A stretch of DNA of 64,000 nt from Phototrophicaceae bacterium (lineage in GTDB: Bacteria > Chloroflexota > Anaerolineae > Aggregatilineales > Phototrophicaceae): positions 780,526 through 844,525 of the forward strand of contig OZ242327.1 in the NCBI GenBank assembly GCA_965208235.1, read 5' to 3'. The notes under the pieces are model-generated. The model worked only from the letters and a program-made list of their open reading frames with translations, did no database searches and was not told the origin of the DNA. Position 1 is the stretch's first letter; each line of letters opens with the position of its first letter. Below are positions 44,594 through 54,122 of the stretch, in pieces. Position numbers and translations under genes: made by a program.

Positions 44594-46054
44594 ATGCATA
44601 GGTTCCAGAACCTTTTGCCTGGTCGAATCTTCTGGCTTGTCATCGCAGTCGCCGCCGCGATTGCCAATCTCTTTATTCCGAGACCCGAAATCCTTGGGCT
44701 CAGCCTTGGGAGCTTCTGTTTGATCGCAGCGCTGGCCTCTCCAACGGCAATGCTTGTCGTTTTATTGGTTCTCGCGCCCTTGCGAGTGCTGATTGCGACA
44801 GAATCAAGTATTGACCTCCCGCTGGATATTGGTCAGATCCTTTTTGTTGTTTATTTTGGAGTTTGGGTGGCGCATCGAATCGCGCTTCGCAAACCTGTAG
44901 TTGCGTTACATCGCAACATCGTATTGTCCGCAATCTTGTGCCTTTGCGCCGTTTTCGCTCTCGGATCTTGGACAAGCGCCTCGCAGTCCGCCTGGCTGCG
45001 AGAGTGGCTCAAATGGATCTTGATGGCGGTTTTCGTATGGCAAATAACGATCTCGGAACATAGCTATTGGCCTTGGCTGGTATTCGCGCTGCTCGTCGCC
45101 GCTACAGCAAATGCGCTTGTCGGGCTGTACATTTTCTTGGGTGGAAGCGGCGCAGATCATCTTGCGATTTTGGGGCGGTTTTTCCGCGCCTTTGGCACGT
45201 TTGGGCAGCCGAATCCCTTTGCCGGATTCATGGGGCTGATGCTCCCGCTCGCTTTAATGGGGGCCTATGTTCAGGCTGCGTCGATTCTTTCTAAATACCG
45301 AAAGAAACACCGGGTTCACAGGTATTCCCTGGGGCTTCTTATCTGCTTCGGGCTGTCAGCAGCGTTGATTGCGGCCGCGCTGCTTGCATCCTGGAGTCGC
45401 GGCGCCTGGCTTGGCACGGCAGTTTCAGCGGCAGTTATGCTCTTCGCACTCCCCAAACGCGCGACAACCGGGCTTGCCGCCGCCCTTGGCCTCGCGTTTC
45501 TGATTGCGGGGCTATGGTTGGGAGGATTGTTGCCGCGATCCGTTATCAACCGGTTGACGGCTTCCGCTGACGATTTTCTCGCGATGGAAGATGTTCGGGG
45601 TGTTGATGTCAGCCCGATAAACTACGCGGTGGTCGAGAGAATCGCCCATTGGCAGGCGGCGCTTAATATGGCGCAATCCAACCCAATTTTGGGGGTCGGG
45701 CTGGGAAACTACGAAATCGTCTATGACCGGTATCGACTCATTAACTGGAAGGAGCCCTTAGGGCATGCGCATAATTTTTATCTAAATACACTTGCGGAAA
45801 CCGGCCTAGTCGGATTGGGCGCGTATCTGGCTTTCTGGCTCGTGATTTTTCTTGTCACCTGGCGCGCCCGCGCCCATCCGGATTCTTTTGCTCGAGCAAC
45901 AGCGATCGCTCTGCTTGGCAGTTGGACGTACCTGGCGGTCCATAGCATTTTTGACAACCTCATCGTAAACAATCTCTTTCTGCATATTGGTGTATTATTA
46001 GGTATACTTGCGATTTTGTATTGGCAACTTAATCACAAGCTGACTATGGATTAA
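44594..46054 (+). CDS. O-antigen ligase/polymerase (Wzy_C) family membrane protein
   Basis: The ATG at 44594 lies directly after the upstream TGA. The track ORF starts at 44429, inside the upstream gene. It has at least 10 TM segments and GHAHNFYLNTLAETGLVGL. Confidence 0.7.
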   Translation: MHRFQNLLPGRIFWLVIAVAAAIANLFIPRPEILGLSLGSFCLIAALASPTAMLVVLLVLAPLRVLIATESSIDLPLDIGQILFVVYFGVWVAHRIALRKPVVALHRNIVLSAILCLCAVFALGSWTSASQSAWLREWLKWILMAVFVWQITISEHSYWPWLVFALLVAATANALVGLYIFLGGSGADHLAILGRFFRAFGTFGQPNPFAGFMGLMLPLALMGAYVQAASILSKYRKKHRVHRYSLGLLICFGLSAALIAAALLASWSRGAWLGTAVSAAVMLFALPKRATTGLAAALGLAFLIAGLWLGGLLPRSVINRLTASADDFLAMEDVRGVDVSPINYAVVERIAHWQAALNMAQSNPILGVGLGNYEIVYDRYRLINWKEPLGHAHNFYLNTLAETGLVGLGAYLAFWLVIFLVTWRARAHPDSFARATAIALLGSWTYLAVHSIFDNLIVNNLFLHIGVLLGILAILYWQLNHKLTMD

Positions 46055-46056
46055 CT

Positions 46057-46662
46057 ATGTCCCAAGCGATTACGCCGGATGTCGCGTCTAAAGGCGAAGG
46101 TTACCGAGGGCTATCCACACCTATTGATCGTTTCATCATTGCCCTAGCAAGCCGGGTCGGCGGCAGGCGAGCGAAAGAAGTCGAGCGCTTCATCAAATTC
46201 GCATTCATCGGTTTACTGGGCTTTGTCATCGACTTTGGACTTCTGTTTCTTCTGCAGTCGACTGTCTTGCCAGCGGCGGACGAGCAAAACATGGCGTTGC
46301 CGCTCAACGTGGCGCTCGCCACTACCATCAGCTTTACATTGGCTGTTAGCAGCAATTTCACTTGGAATCGTCTTTGGACGTACCCGGATTCAAGATCATA
46401 TTCAGTTCGTCGCCAATTGACGCAATTCGCCATAGTCAGCGTGATCGGCTGGATCGGTCGCACCATCTGGATTACAAGTTCCTTTGCCTTCTTTGGCATC
46501 TGGTCGACCGCCGCGATTCAAAACATTTTTTCGAGTTACCATCCCGTTCTCCAAGACGAGTTAAAATTAGGCACGATGATCGCGCAGTTTATCGGCGTCA
46601 TTGTTGTGATGATTTGGAATTTCCTCGCCAACCGCTACTGGACCTTTAACGACGTCGAATAA
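46057..46662 (+). CDS. GtrA-family membrane protein
   Basis: FIKFAFIGLLGFVIDFGLLFLL and MIWNFLANRYWTF, with 4 TM segments. Confidence 0.8.
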   Translation: MSQAITPDVASKGEGYRGLSTPIDRFIIALASRVGGRRAKEVERFIKFAFIGLLGFVIDFGLLFLLQSTVLPAADEQNMALPLNVALATTISFTLAVSSNFTWNRLWTYPDSRSYSVRRQLTQFAIVSVIGWIGRTIWITSSFAFFGIWSTAAIQNIFSSYHPVLQDELKLGTMIAQFIGVIVVMIWNFLANRYWTFNDVE

Positions 46663-46663
46663 C

Positions 46664-47824
46664 GTGTCCCGTATTGCCATCGACTACACACCGGCTTACG
46701 AACAGGGTGGCGGTATTGGGCGCTACGTTCGCGAGTTGACGGCAGCGCTTGCCACGGAAGATCCTGTGACGGACTACCGGCTCTTCGTCGCGGGCGCGCA
46801 ACGCGAGCAACTCCCGCATCCGCCCGGACCCAACTTTGACTGGCGGACGACAATCTTGACACCACGGTGGCTGGCGAGAATCTGGCAGCGCGCTCAACTT
46901 CCATTGCCCGTCGAAATTATCACGGGTCCTGTGGATTTATTCCATGCTACCGACTTCGTCTTGCCGCCGACTTTGCCCCGGACGCGCAGCCTGCTGACAG
47001 TGCATGACCTTTCCTTCCTTCGCGTGCCAGATGCCGCCAGCCCATCTCTAAGACGATACCTGGAAGCCGTGGCGCCGCGTTCTGTTGAGCGGGCGGATCA
47101 CGTACTGGCGGATTCTCAAGCGACTAAAGACGATCTCATAGAAATCTACCGGACGCCTGCCGACAAGATCAGCGTTTTGTATTCCGGGGTGGATGCCCGT
47201 TTCGATCCGGTGATGGACCAGATGACATTAAAAGCAGTATTGGATAAGCACAATTTGAAAGATATAAAATATGTCCTGTCCGTCGGTACCGTCCAGCCAC
47301 GCAAAAACTATAGCGGAGCAATCCGCGCATTATCAAGAATACGGGATCAAGGCATAGACTTGCATTATGCCGTTGCAGGCGGCCCTGGCTGGCTCGAAGA
47401 CGAGATGTATCGCAGCATCAGGGAAACTGCCATGGAGGATCGCGTCCATATACTTGGTTTCGTCCCTGATGAGGATCTGCCTGCGCTCTATTCAGGCGCG
47501 CGCGCGCTTCTTGCTCTCTCTTTATACGAGGGCTTCGGACTACCGGTTCTGGAAGCCATGGCCTGTGGAACACCGGTGATCACGAGCAATTTGTCGTCGC
47601 TGCCAGAAGTTGCCGGCGACGCGGGTATTCTGGTCGACCCGCTGGATAGCGAGGCAATCAGCGATGCGATAGTGAAGACCTTGACCGACGCGGCCTTGCG
47701 ACAGCAGCTAGTTGCTGCGGGCTTTGAGCGCGTTAAACGTTTCTCTTGGGCGAGCGCGGCGAGCCAGCTTAAGGCCATCTACGACGCAATGCTTGACGGG
47801 TCATCTAATACCATAATCCGGTAA
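46664..47824 (+). CDS. Glycosyltransferase family 4 (GT-B)
   Basis: GTG start 1 nt after the gtrA-like stop. LSLYEGFGLPVLEAMACGTPVITSNLSSLPEVAGDAGILVDP. Confidence 0.85.
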   Translation: MSRIAIDYTPAYEQGGGIGRYVRELTAALATEDPVTDYRLFVAGAQREQLPHPPGPNFDWRTTILTPRWLARIWQRAQLPLPVEIITGPVDLFHATDFVLPPTLPRTRSLLTVHDLSFLRVPDAASPSLRRYLEAVAPRSVERADHVLADSQATKDDLIEIYRTPADKISVLYSGVDARFDPVMDQMTLKAVLDKHNLKDIKYVLSVGTVQPRKNYSGAIRALSRIRDQGIDLHYAVAGGPGWLEDEMYRSIRETAMEDRVHILGFVPDEDLPALYSGARALLALSLYEGFGLPVLEAMACGTPVITSNLSSLPEVAGDAGILVDPLDSEAISDAIVKTLTDAALRQQLVAAGFERVKRFSWASAASQLKAIYDAMLDGSSNTIIR

Positions 47825-47852
47825 AGAATCGAGGCGCCCAAGGCGTGTGAAC

Positions 47853-48464
47853 ATGGCGAATAGTGAAAAAAACTCTGGCGGGAACGAGGTACTTGTTCTC
47901 TTGCTGTTGGCGCTGGCAGGTTATCTGTTGCCTTGGATAACAGCCCCGAATGCAGCTATGACACTCAACGCATTCGATTTGGCCGAATGGACGAGCTTGC
48001 ATCCATTGCAGCAGCAAGCGACGCCGCCATTGATTGCGCCATTGCTGCTGCGCGCGCAACTGTCGATTCTAGCGGCTTTAATCACGCTTTGGTCGACGGG
48101 CCGAAAGGAGCGTTTTCTGGCTTTTCTATTCGTTGCCTTGCTCTCGGTTTCACAACTCCCTCCGCTGGAGTTCCTGAGCAACGTCGCCGATCCAAATTAC
48201 CGGCAACTGCTGTTTCTCGCCATAGCGACAATCCTCTTGTCAACAGGGCTGGGCTTCATTCTGCCGGCGCAGTTTGAGCGCCTTGTCATTGTCTTCCTTG
48301 CGGTTACGGGAATCGTCACATCACTCGTGGGACAGTCGCAAGCGATTGAGTTGTATCAAGTTACGCTGGAGCAAGGCGCGACAGGCGGCGGCTTGTGGCT
48401 AACCACAGGGGTTTATGCCGCTTTCATTTTTTATGCGCTGCCCAACTTCCGAACCCGCCGCTGA
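47853..48464 (+). CDS. Hypothetical polytopic membrane protein
   Basis: About 203 aa with 5-6 hydrophobic segments. No motif recognised. It lies at the end of the glycan gene string. Confidence 0.45.
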   Translation: MANSEKNSGGNEVLVLLLLALAGYLLPWITAPNAAMTLNAFDLAEWTSLHPLQQQATPPLIAPLLLRAQLSILAALITLWSTGRKERFLAFLFVALLSVSQLPPLEFLSNVADPNYRQLLFLAIATILLSTGLGFILPAQFERLVIVFLAVTGIVTSLVGQSQAIELYQVTLEQGATGGGLWLTTGVYAAFIFYALPNFRTRR

Positions 48465-48540
48465 AGCGAGCGGAAAATGAAAAGAGGCAGCAGTTGCCGC
48501 CCCGTTCAGTTTAGAAAATGCCCGTTGCCTATTGGATTGA

Positions 48541-48777
48541 TTATTCCATGTTGGATTGAATGTACTCCACGGCTTGACCAACAGTTTCGATTCGCTGAGC
48601 GTCCTCATCGCTGATTTCGCCGCCGAATTCTTCCTCAAATGCCATAATCAATTCGACGAGGTCGAGCGAGTCGGCTTCCAGATCTTCGCGGAAACTCGCG
48701 GTACTGACGACGCGTTCTTCTTCCACACCAAGCAACTCGACCACGATTCCTTTGACCCGATCTTCAATAGATGCCAT
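48541..48777 (-). CDS. acpP: Acyl carrier protein
   Basis: The ATG at 48777 lies 9 nt after GGAGGA and gives [18 protein letters not shown]...[23 protein letters not shown] (DSL phosphopantetheine site). Confidence 0.92.
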   Translation of the reverse strand: MASIEDRVKGIVVELLGVEEERVVSTASFREDLEADSLDLVELIMAFEEEFGGEISDEDAQRIETVGQAVEYIQSNME

Positions 48778-48956
48778 CTTGGTCACTCCTCCCCAACGGA
48801 ATCTTTAGAACTCGCATAAGCGCCAATTATACCGTTAATCACTTTCCATGCCAGCCTGTATGGTGGCGACGCGCATAATTGACACCTGAAAACTTCGACA
48901 GTACGATAATTCGGCGGCGACCTGGATTACCGCCTCAATAAAGGGAACACTTCGTT

Positions 48957-50000
48957 ATGCCAAAAGTCACGGAAACGCCCTCAACCGAAAGCCGCAAACT
49001 GGACCATATCCGGATCAACCTGCAAGAGGATGTTCAATTTCCCCGCATTAGCACCGGGCTTGAACGCTATCGATTGACTCACCAGGCGCTTCCCGAGTTA
49101 AGCCTGCACGATATCGATACCTCGGTTCAAGTATTTGGCAAGCAACTGGGGTCGCCGATCATGATATCATCGATGACAGGCGGTACCGACGCCGCGAGGC
49201 GCATCAACAGACATCTTGCGGCGGCGGCTCAAGAACATGCGATAGCAATGGGTTTGGGCTCGCAGCGAGCCGCGATAGAAGACGAATCCTTGAGAAGCTC
49301 CTTTCAAATCCGCGAGCTTGCGCCGGACATTCTGCTTTTCGCCAACCTCGGCGCCGTGCAGCTCAATTATGGCTACGGCATTGAAGAGTGTCGCAAAGCG
49401 ATCGACATGGTGGCCGCCGACGCCTTGATTCTTCATTTCAATGTTTTGCAAGAAGCGGTTCAAGCCGAGGGTGATGTCGATTTTTCCGGTCTCCTTAAAA
49501 AAGTAGAGACGATATGCAGGCATCTCACTGTGCCGGTTATCGCCAAAGAAGTTGGCTGGGGCTTTTCCCACAGAAACGCGCGCGATTTGGCCAACGCAGG
49601 CGTCTCGGCAATTGACGTGGCTGGTTCAGGTGGCACGTCTTGGAGCGAAGTGGAGTATCACCGCGCGCCGACGCCCTTCCACGCGCGCGTGGCCCGCAGC
49701 TTCGCTGACTGGGGAATCCCCACCGCTGAGGCGCTAACTTACGCGCGGGCGGCGGCGCCAGATTTGCCGGTCTTCGCCAGCGGGGGCTTGCGCGACGGCG
49801 TCGATATTGCCAAATGTATCGCATTGGGCGCTTGTCTTGCCGGCTTGGCCAGCCCGTTCCTAAGCGCGGCGGACGAATCCGCCGAAGCGGTTGCTTTATT
49901 AATTGACGAATTGAACGCGCAATTGCGCATCGCCATGTTATGCACGGCTTCCCAAGATATCGCCCAGCTGCGCAATGCGGAGATCCAATCAATTGATTGA
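48957..50000 (+). CDS. fni: Type 2 (FMN-dependent) isopentenyl-diphosphate delta-isomerase
   Basis: [36 protein letters not shown] and ASGGLRDG. Confidence 0.9.
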   Translation: MPKVTETPSTESRKLDHIRINLQEDVQFPRISTGLERYRLTHQALPELSLHDIDTSVQVFGKQLGSPIMISSMTGGTDAARRINRHLAAAAQEHAIAMGLGSQRAAIEDESLRSSFQIRELAPDILLFANLGAVQLNYGYGIEECRKAIDMVAADALILHFNVLQEAVQAEGDVDFSGLLKKVETICRHLTVPVIAKEVGWGFSHRNARDLANAGVSAIDVAGSGGTSWSEVEYHRAPTPFHARVARSFADWGIPTAEALTYARAAAPDLPVFASGGLRDGVDIAKCIALGACLAGLASPFLSAADESAEAVALLIDELNAQLRIAMLCTASQDIAQLRNAEIQSID

Positions 50001-50005
50001 ATTGC

Positions 50006-51178
50006 TTAGACCAGCTCCCGGATAACCGCGTTGCTAAGCAGCCGACCCCGCTCGCTCAAGCGGACGCGGTCGCTTTCCACATGAATCAAGCCCAAGGTCT
50101 TCATTTTTCGGATGCCGTCAGGGAACTTGTCGGCGATGTCCAGGCCGAAACGCCTTCGGAATGTCGGACGATGTATCCCCTCGCGGGTTAACCTTATGCT
50201 CATCATGACAGTCTCATAAAGGTCTTCCTCGCTGTTGACTGTTGTCGATTTCGCTACGGCTGGCGTAAGAGGAAAATCATATTTCGCGGCTGGGCGCTCG
50301 TTGAGCGACTCGACATAGCGTATGGGATTGGCTATGTTGGAATAACGAAAACCGCCTGCGAAACCGTGCGCGCCCGCGCCGAGCCCAAGGTAGGGCAAGT
50401 TGCGCCAATACTGCAAGTTATGGCGACATTCGAACTGCGGGCGCGTCCAATTGCTAATCTCGTATTGCGCGTAACCGTCGCCTTCCAGGCTGCGCGACGC
50501 ATATTCGTACATATCCGCGAAAATATCGTCGTCGGGCCCTGGCAATGCGCCGGCGTCGACTTGCGCGCGTAAAGCTGTTCCGCCTTTCAGCTCCAGACCG
50601 TACATCGAAACATGTTCCGGCGCATAACGGAGGATAGCGTCAACAGTACGCTTCCATTCATCGAGGGTCTCGCCAGGCGAGCCAAATATGACGTCCAGGT
50701 TCACATTTTCGAAGCCCGCCTGTCGCGCGCAGCGCAGGGCGCGTTCGACGGCATCGAGGTCATGGCGGCGCTCGAATAGACGAAGGACTCTTTCCGATGC
50801 GGACTGCATGCCAATGCTCAACCGGTTGATGCCGATCTCGCGCAATTCGCGCAAATACGAAGTCGATATGTCATTGGGATTGGTCTCCATTGAGACTTCA
50901 AGATCGACAGCCAGGGAGAAGCGCTTCGCCAAGCAATGCAGGATGTCCCGATAGTAGCGCGCTGCGAGCAGGGACGGGGTTCCGCCTCCGAAGTAGACGG
51001 TATGAATCTCCCGATGCGGATTGTCCGCGGAGGCAAACTTGATCTCACGGAGAAGGGCGCGAATATACGCTGGAACCAGAGACCCAAGATCGGTGTAGAT
51101 GTTGAAGGCGCAGTAGCTGCAACGCGTCTCGCAAAAGGGTATGTGGATGTACGCGGAATATGGCGCTTGTGAGCTCAT
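50006..51178 (-). CDS. hemW: Radical SAM HemN-like protein (heme chaperone HemW / coproporphyrinogen-III oxidase family)
   Basis: The ATG at 51178 gives MSSQAPYSAYIHIPFCETRCSYCAFN (CxxxCxxC), then YFGGGTPS. The track ORF extends to 51241, abutting repeat copy D. Confidence 0.85.
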   Translation of the reverse strand: MSSQAPYSAYIHIPFCETRCSYCAFNIYTDLGSLVPAYIRALLREIKFASADNPHREIHTVYFGGGTPSLLAARYYRDILHCLAKRFSLAVDLEVSMETNPNDISTSYLRELREIGINRLSIGMQSASERVLRLFERRHDLDAVERALRCARQAGFENVNLDVIFGSPGETLDEWKRTVDAILRYAPEHVSMYGLELKGGTALRAQVDAGALPGPDDDIFADMYEYASRSLEGDGYAQYEISNWTRPQFECRHNLQYWRNLPYLGLGAGAHGFAGGFRYSNIANPIRYVESLNERPAAKYDFPLTPAVAKSTTVNSEEDLYETVMMSIRLTREGIHRPTFRRRFGLDIADKFPDGIRKMKTLGLIHVESDRVRLSERGRLLSNAVIRELV

Positions 51179-51244
51179 GATCGCGGCGGTTTCAACGCAA
51201 GGTTGGCAGATGTCCACAGAGCGTACAGAGAAATGCCTCATTTA

Positions 51245-51305
51245 CTTTGTGTTCTTCGTGTCTTGACGGTCAGTGTCGGCGGTCAGTGTCTACGCGACCT
51301 GTGGT
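51245..51305. repeat. Interspersed palindromic repeat element, copy D (arm only, with internal 13-nt duplication)
   Basis: CTTTGTGTTCTTCGTGTCTTGACGGTCAGTGTCGGCGGTCAGTGTCTACGCGACCTGTGGTT. It matches copy C apart from 3 substitutions and the duplicated GGTCAGTGTC(GGC). Confidence 0.8.
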
Positions 51306-51379
51306 TGGCCATGCTTTCGACCGGGAAAAATCGCTTGACTTGCCAATAATCTGAAATGCAGCCCAACGCAAGCCAGAGA

Positions 51380-51408
51380 TTGCGCCAATGTTATTGCTAA
51401 AATATAAT
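51380..51408 (+). promoter_or_regulatory. Candidate sigma-70-type promoter with about 195-nt leader before the PP2C gene
   Basis: TTGCGC (51380-51385), 17-nt spacer, TATAAT (51403-51408). Confidence 0.3.
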
Positions 51409-51603
51409 TATGCAAGTCAACGTTCCCAGACATATTCGCTAGAGAGTCTGGTCGGGTCGGCAACTCCACAAACTAGCAGGCAGGATGTTGTGCAAGCCCG
51501 AAGCAGTCGAATCCGAACAATCAGCGGAGCTGAATCCACGGATATGGACGCGGCAAGTGTTTCTATTTGCAAAAGCCATGACCTCCGGCATTAGGGAAAC
51601 GCG

Positions 51604-52728
51604 ATGAATTTTTTGCGGCGTCTACTTGGCATGTCTCCTGACCACATGGGAAGGGATGGGACGACTCGTCGTGTGGCGCATGTTACACGCAGCCGGGACG
51701 CGCCAGCAGCGCCCATACCAAGCGCGGTCGACACCGAAACCCAGCTAGTGTACGACGAAGTTGATTTAGAAGAATTGCCCCCCGAGCAGCCTCCGCTGGC
51801 GGACGAGGATAGAGCGGATCCAGAAACCGAATCCGGCGAAGAGCCACAAGTACAGCCGGTACAAAGGCAAGCCAAAATTCAACGGTGGCCACGCGCGGAA
51901 CCTGCGCCGCCGCGTCGCGAGCCGCCTCGGGAGTATAAGCCCAAGCGCGCTTTGACCTATGGCATCGCGACAGATGTTGGCAAACTGCGTGACAACAACG
52001 AAGATGCCTGTTTCGCCATGCAGTGGCATACGATGACTGTGGAAAATCGCCCGGACTTTGGTTTCTTTGTTGTTGCGGATGGCATGGGTGGGCATCTCGA
52101 TGGCGAAAGGGCGGCGGGCATCGCCGTGCAGACGCTCGCCTCAGAGATGCTGCAAAGCGTCTATATGCCCTTGCTGCGGAACTTCAGAGCCGCGGAAAAG
52201 ACTACAATCCTTGAAGCCTTGGTCGCCGCGTCGGAAAAAGCCAATTCAGCGGTCATTGACGCAGTGCCGGGCGGCGGCACGACCTTGTCCACTGTTGCAA
52301 TTGTGGGCAATCTTGCCTATCTCGCGCATGTGGGCGACAGTCGCGCCTATCTGATCCACAATGATGAAATCGAGCAGTTGACAACCGACCATACCTTGGT
52401 GCAGCGCTTGGTTGAGATGAAAGAACTCACGCCCGAAGAAGCCGAGTATTACCCGCAGAAGAATGTGCTATACCGAGCGATCGGACAGGATGAGAGCCTA
52501 AAAGTGGAAAGGTTGATTCGCAATTTGCCCTCGGCGGCGCAAATGATAATCTGCAGTGATGGTTTATGGGACCTGGTGGACGACGAAACGATGAAGCGCG
52601 TGACGCTCAAATCATCAAGCCCGCAAGAAGCCTGTGATCAGCTGGTAAGCCTTGCCAATGAGCGCGGGGGAACGGACAATATCTCCGTCATCATACTGAA
52701 AGTCCCGGGGAACGACGTCGCTATCTAG
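51604..52728 (+). CDS. PP2C-family Ser/Thr protein phosphatase with a roughly 110-aa Pro/Glu/Arg-rich N-terminal extension
   Basis: GIATDVGKLRDNNEDA, VADGMGGH, CSDGLWD and GGTDNISVI. Confidence 0.85.
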   Translation: MNFLRRLLGMSPDHMGRDGTTRRVAHVTRSRDAPAAPIPSAVDTETQLVYDEVDLEELPPEQPPLADEDRADPETESGEEPQVQPVQRQAKIQRWPRAEPAPPRREPPREYKPKRALTYGIATDVGKLRDNNEDACFAMQWHTMTVENRPDFGFFVVADGMGGHLDGERAAGIAVQTLASEMLQSVYMPLLRNFRAAEKTTILEALVAASEKANSAVIDAVPGGGTTLSTVAIVGNLAYLAHVGDSRAYLIHNDEIEQLTTDHTLVQRLVEMKELTPEEAEYYPQKNVLYRAIGQDESLKVERLIRNLPSAAQMIICSDGLWDLVDDETMKRVTLKSSSPQEACDQLVSLANERGGTDNISVIILKVPGNDVAI

Positions 52729-52843
52729 ACGATGTCGCATCTCGTTGTGACTGCATGACTGCAAACAATAATCGTAGCTTTTTGCATGATCTGCAGCATG
52801 AAGATGCTCTGTCCAAGACTTGTGAAGGAATAGACTGGAAAAA

Positions 52844-53584
52844 ATGAATTCAGTGCCATCCATCAATCGGATTCGCAAGCGCAAGACTATATTGGTTGTT
52901 GACGACGAACCGCGCATGATTGGCTTCATCCGAATGAATCTCGAATTGGAAGACCATCAAGTAATCGAGGCGCATAGCGGCTTGGAAGCGCTTGACGCGC
53001 TCCGCACGCAATTGCCGGATCTGGTTCTCCTCGACGTCATGATGCCGGATCTGGACGGCTTCGAGACCTTGCGCATGTTGCGAGAGTTTTCCGATATTCC
53101 GGTCATTATGTTGACCGCCAAAGGCGAGGAAAACGACAAAGTGCTGGGTTTGGAACTGGGCGCCGATGACTATATCACCAAGCCCTTTGGACCACGGGAA
53201 CTGTCAAGCCGCATCAAAGCGCTGTTCCGGCGGCTGGAAAAACCATCGACAGAAGAAGCTATCTTGCGCGTTGATGATCGGCTTAGTGTGGATTTCAACC
53301 AGCGCCAGGTCATTGTAGACAGCGAAGCCGTGAAGTTGCGGCCGACGGAGTATCGCCTTCTCTATCATCTGATTCGCAACGCCGGCTGGACGGTGCCGCA
53401 CGATCAGATCTTGCAAAAGGTCTGGGGATACGAATACAGAGATGAGGCGCATTACGTGCGGCTCTATGTCAACTATTTGCGGGAAAAGATTGAAGAAGAT
53501 CCTTCCAATCCTCGTTATATCATTACCGAACGCGGCGTCGGCTATCGTTTCATCAACTTCAGGGATCAAGAGCAACAGGCTTAG
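52844..53584 (+). CDS. OmpR/PhoB-family response regulator
   Basis: ILVVDDEP, LVLLDVMMPDLDG (acceptor Asp) and LTAKG. The winged-helix C-terminus reads LRPTEYRLLYHLIRNAG...RGVGYRF. Confidence 0.9.
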   Translation: MNSVPSINRIRKRKTILVVDDEPRMIGFIRMNLELEDHQVIEAHSGLEALDALRTQLPDLVLLDVMMPDLDGFETLRMLREFSDIPVIMLTAKGEENDKVLGLELGADDYITKPFGPRELSSRIKALFRRLEKPSTEEAILRVDDRLSVDFNQRQVIVDSEAVKLRPTEYRLLYHLIRNAGWTVPHDQILQKVWGYEYRDEAHYVRLYVNYLREKIEEDPSNPRYIITERGVGYRFINFRDQEQQA

Positions 53585-53586
53585 GC

Positions 53587-53928
53587 TTAGTCTAGCAAGA
53601 AGCCGAAGTCCAGGTACAGGCACACTTGATCGGAGCCGACCGATGCGTATTCCGAGCATGCCAGCGATCCGTAATCACGAAATACAAAAACCTTGCGATT
53701 GCGCCGCTTGAGTTTTTTCTTGAGCGTGTTCCACTGCGATTTGCTTGGCATATCCGCGCCATCGATCAATTCGAAATAGCTCCTGCGGAAAAGCGCGCGA
53801 AAGTGATGGTCGTCGTATTCAATCAGCTTTATCAGACAGGCGCCGCGCGGACCGGACAAGGCATCATTGATAAAGTCCGCCGCAAAATGACGGCGCACTT
53901 TTTGGAACTTTGGCAACTCATGGCGCAT
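53587..53928 (-). CDS. Hypothetical protein (113 aa)
   Basis: The composition is protein-like and better than the overlapping + ORF 53626..53952. No motif recognised and no clear SD. Its stop lies 2 nt from the response-regulator stop. Confidence 0.4.
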   Translation of the reverse strand: MRHELPKFQKVRRHFAADFINDALSGPRGACLIKLIEYDDHHFRALFRRSYFELIDGADMPSKSQWNTLKKKLKRRNRKVFVFRDYGSLACSEYASVGSDQVCLYLDFGFLLD

Positions 53929-54122
53929 TTTCTAGACTGTCCCTTTTTATAGCCCCCTTGCTCGCGCAAGGAGAAGGTTACTTATTTTGCGCGAGCGCGG
54001 CCTGCTTGTGGATAATTCGCCGGTTGCGCGCCGAGCGGCTGTGCTAGACTGAATAACAATAGAGATCGTCCATCGCCGCATTGTTTTTCGGTATTCATTG
54101 TCCGCCAGAACCCGGAAACGAT

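Noticed and set aside
43945-44667. 240-aa minus-strand ORF opposite the UDP-xylose synthase gene
   Set aside because: It is an antisense shadow. The + frame has the Rossmann GxxGxxG and YxxxK motifs.
51388-51594. 68-aa + ORF in the hemW / PP2C intergenic region
   Set aside because: It has no SD and a Ser/Arg-rich non-coding-like composition. The region is better explained as a promoter plus leader.
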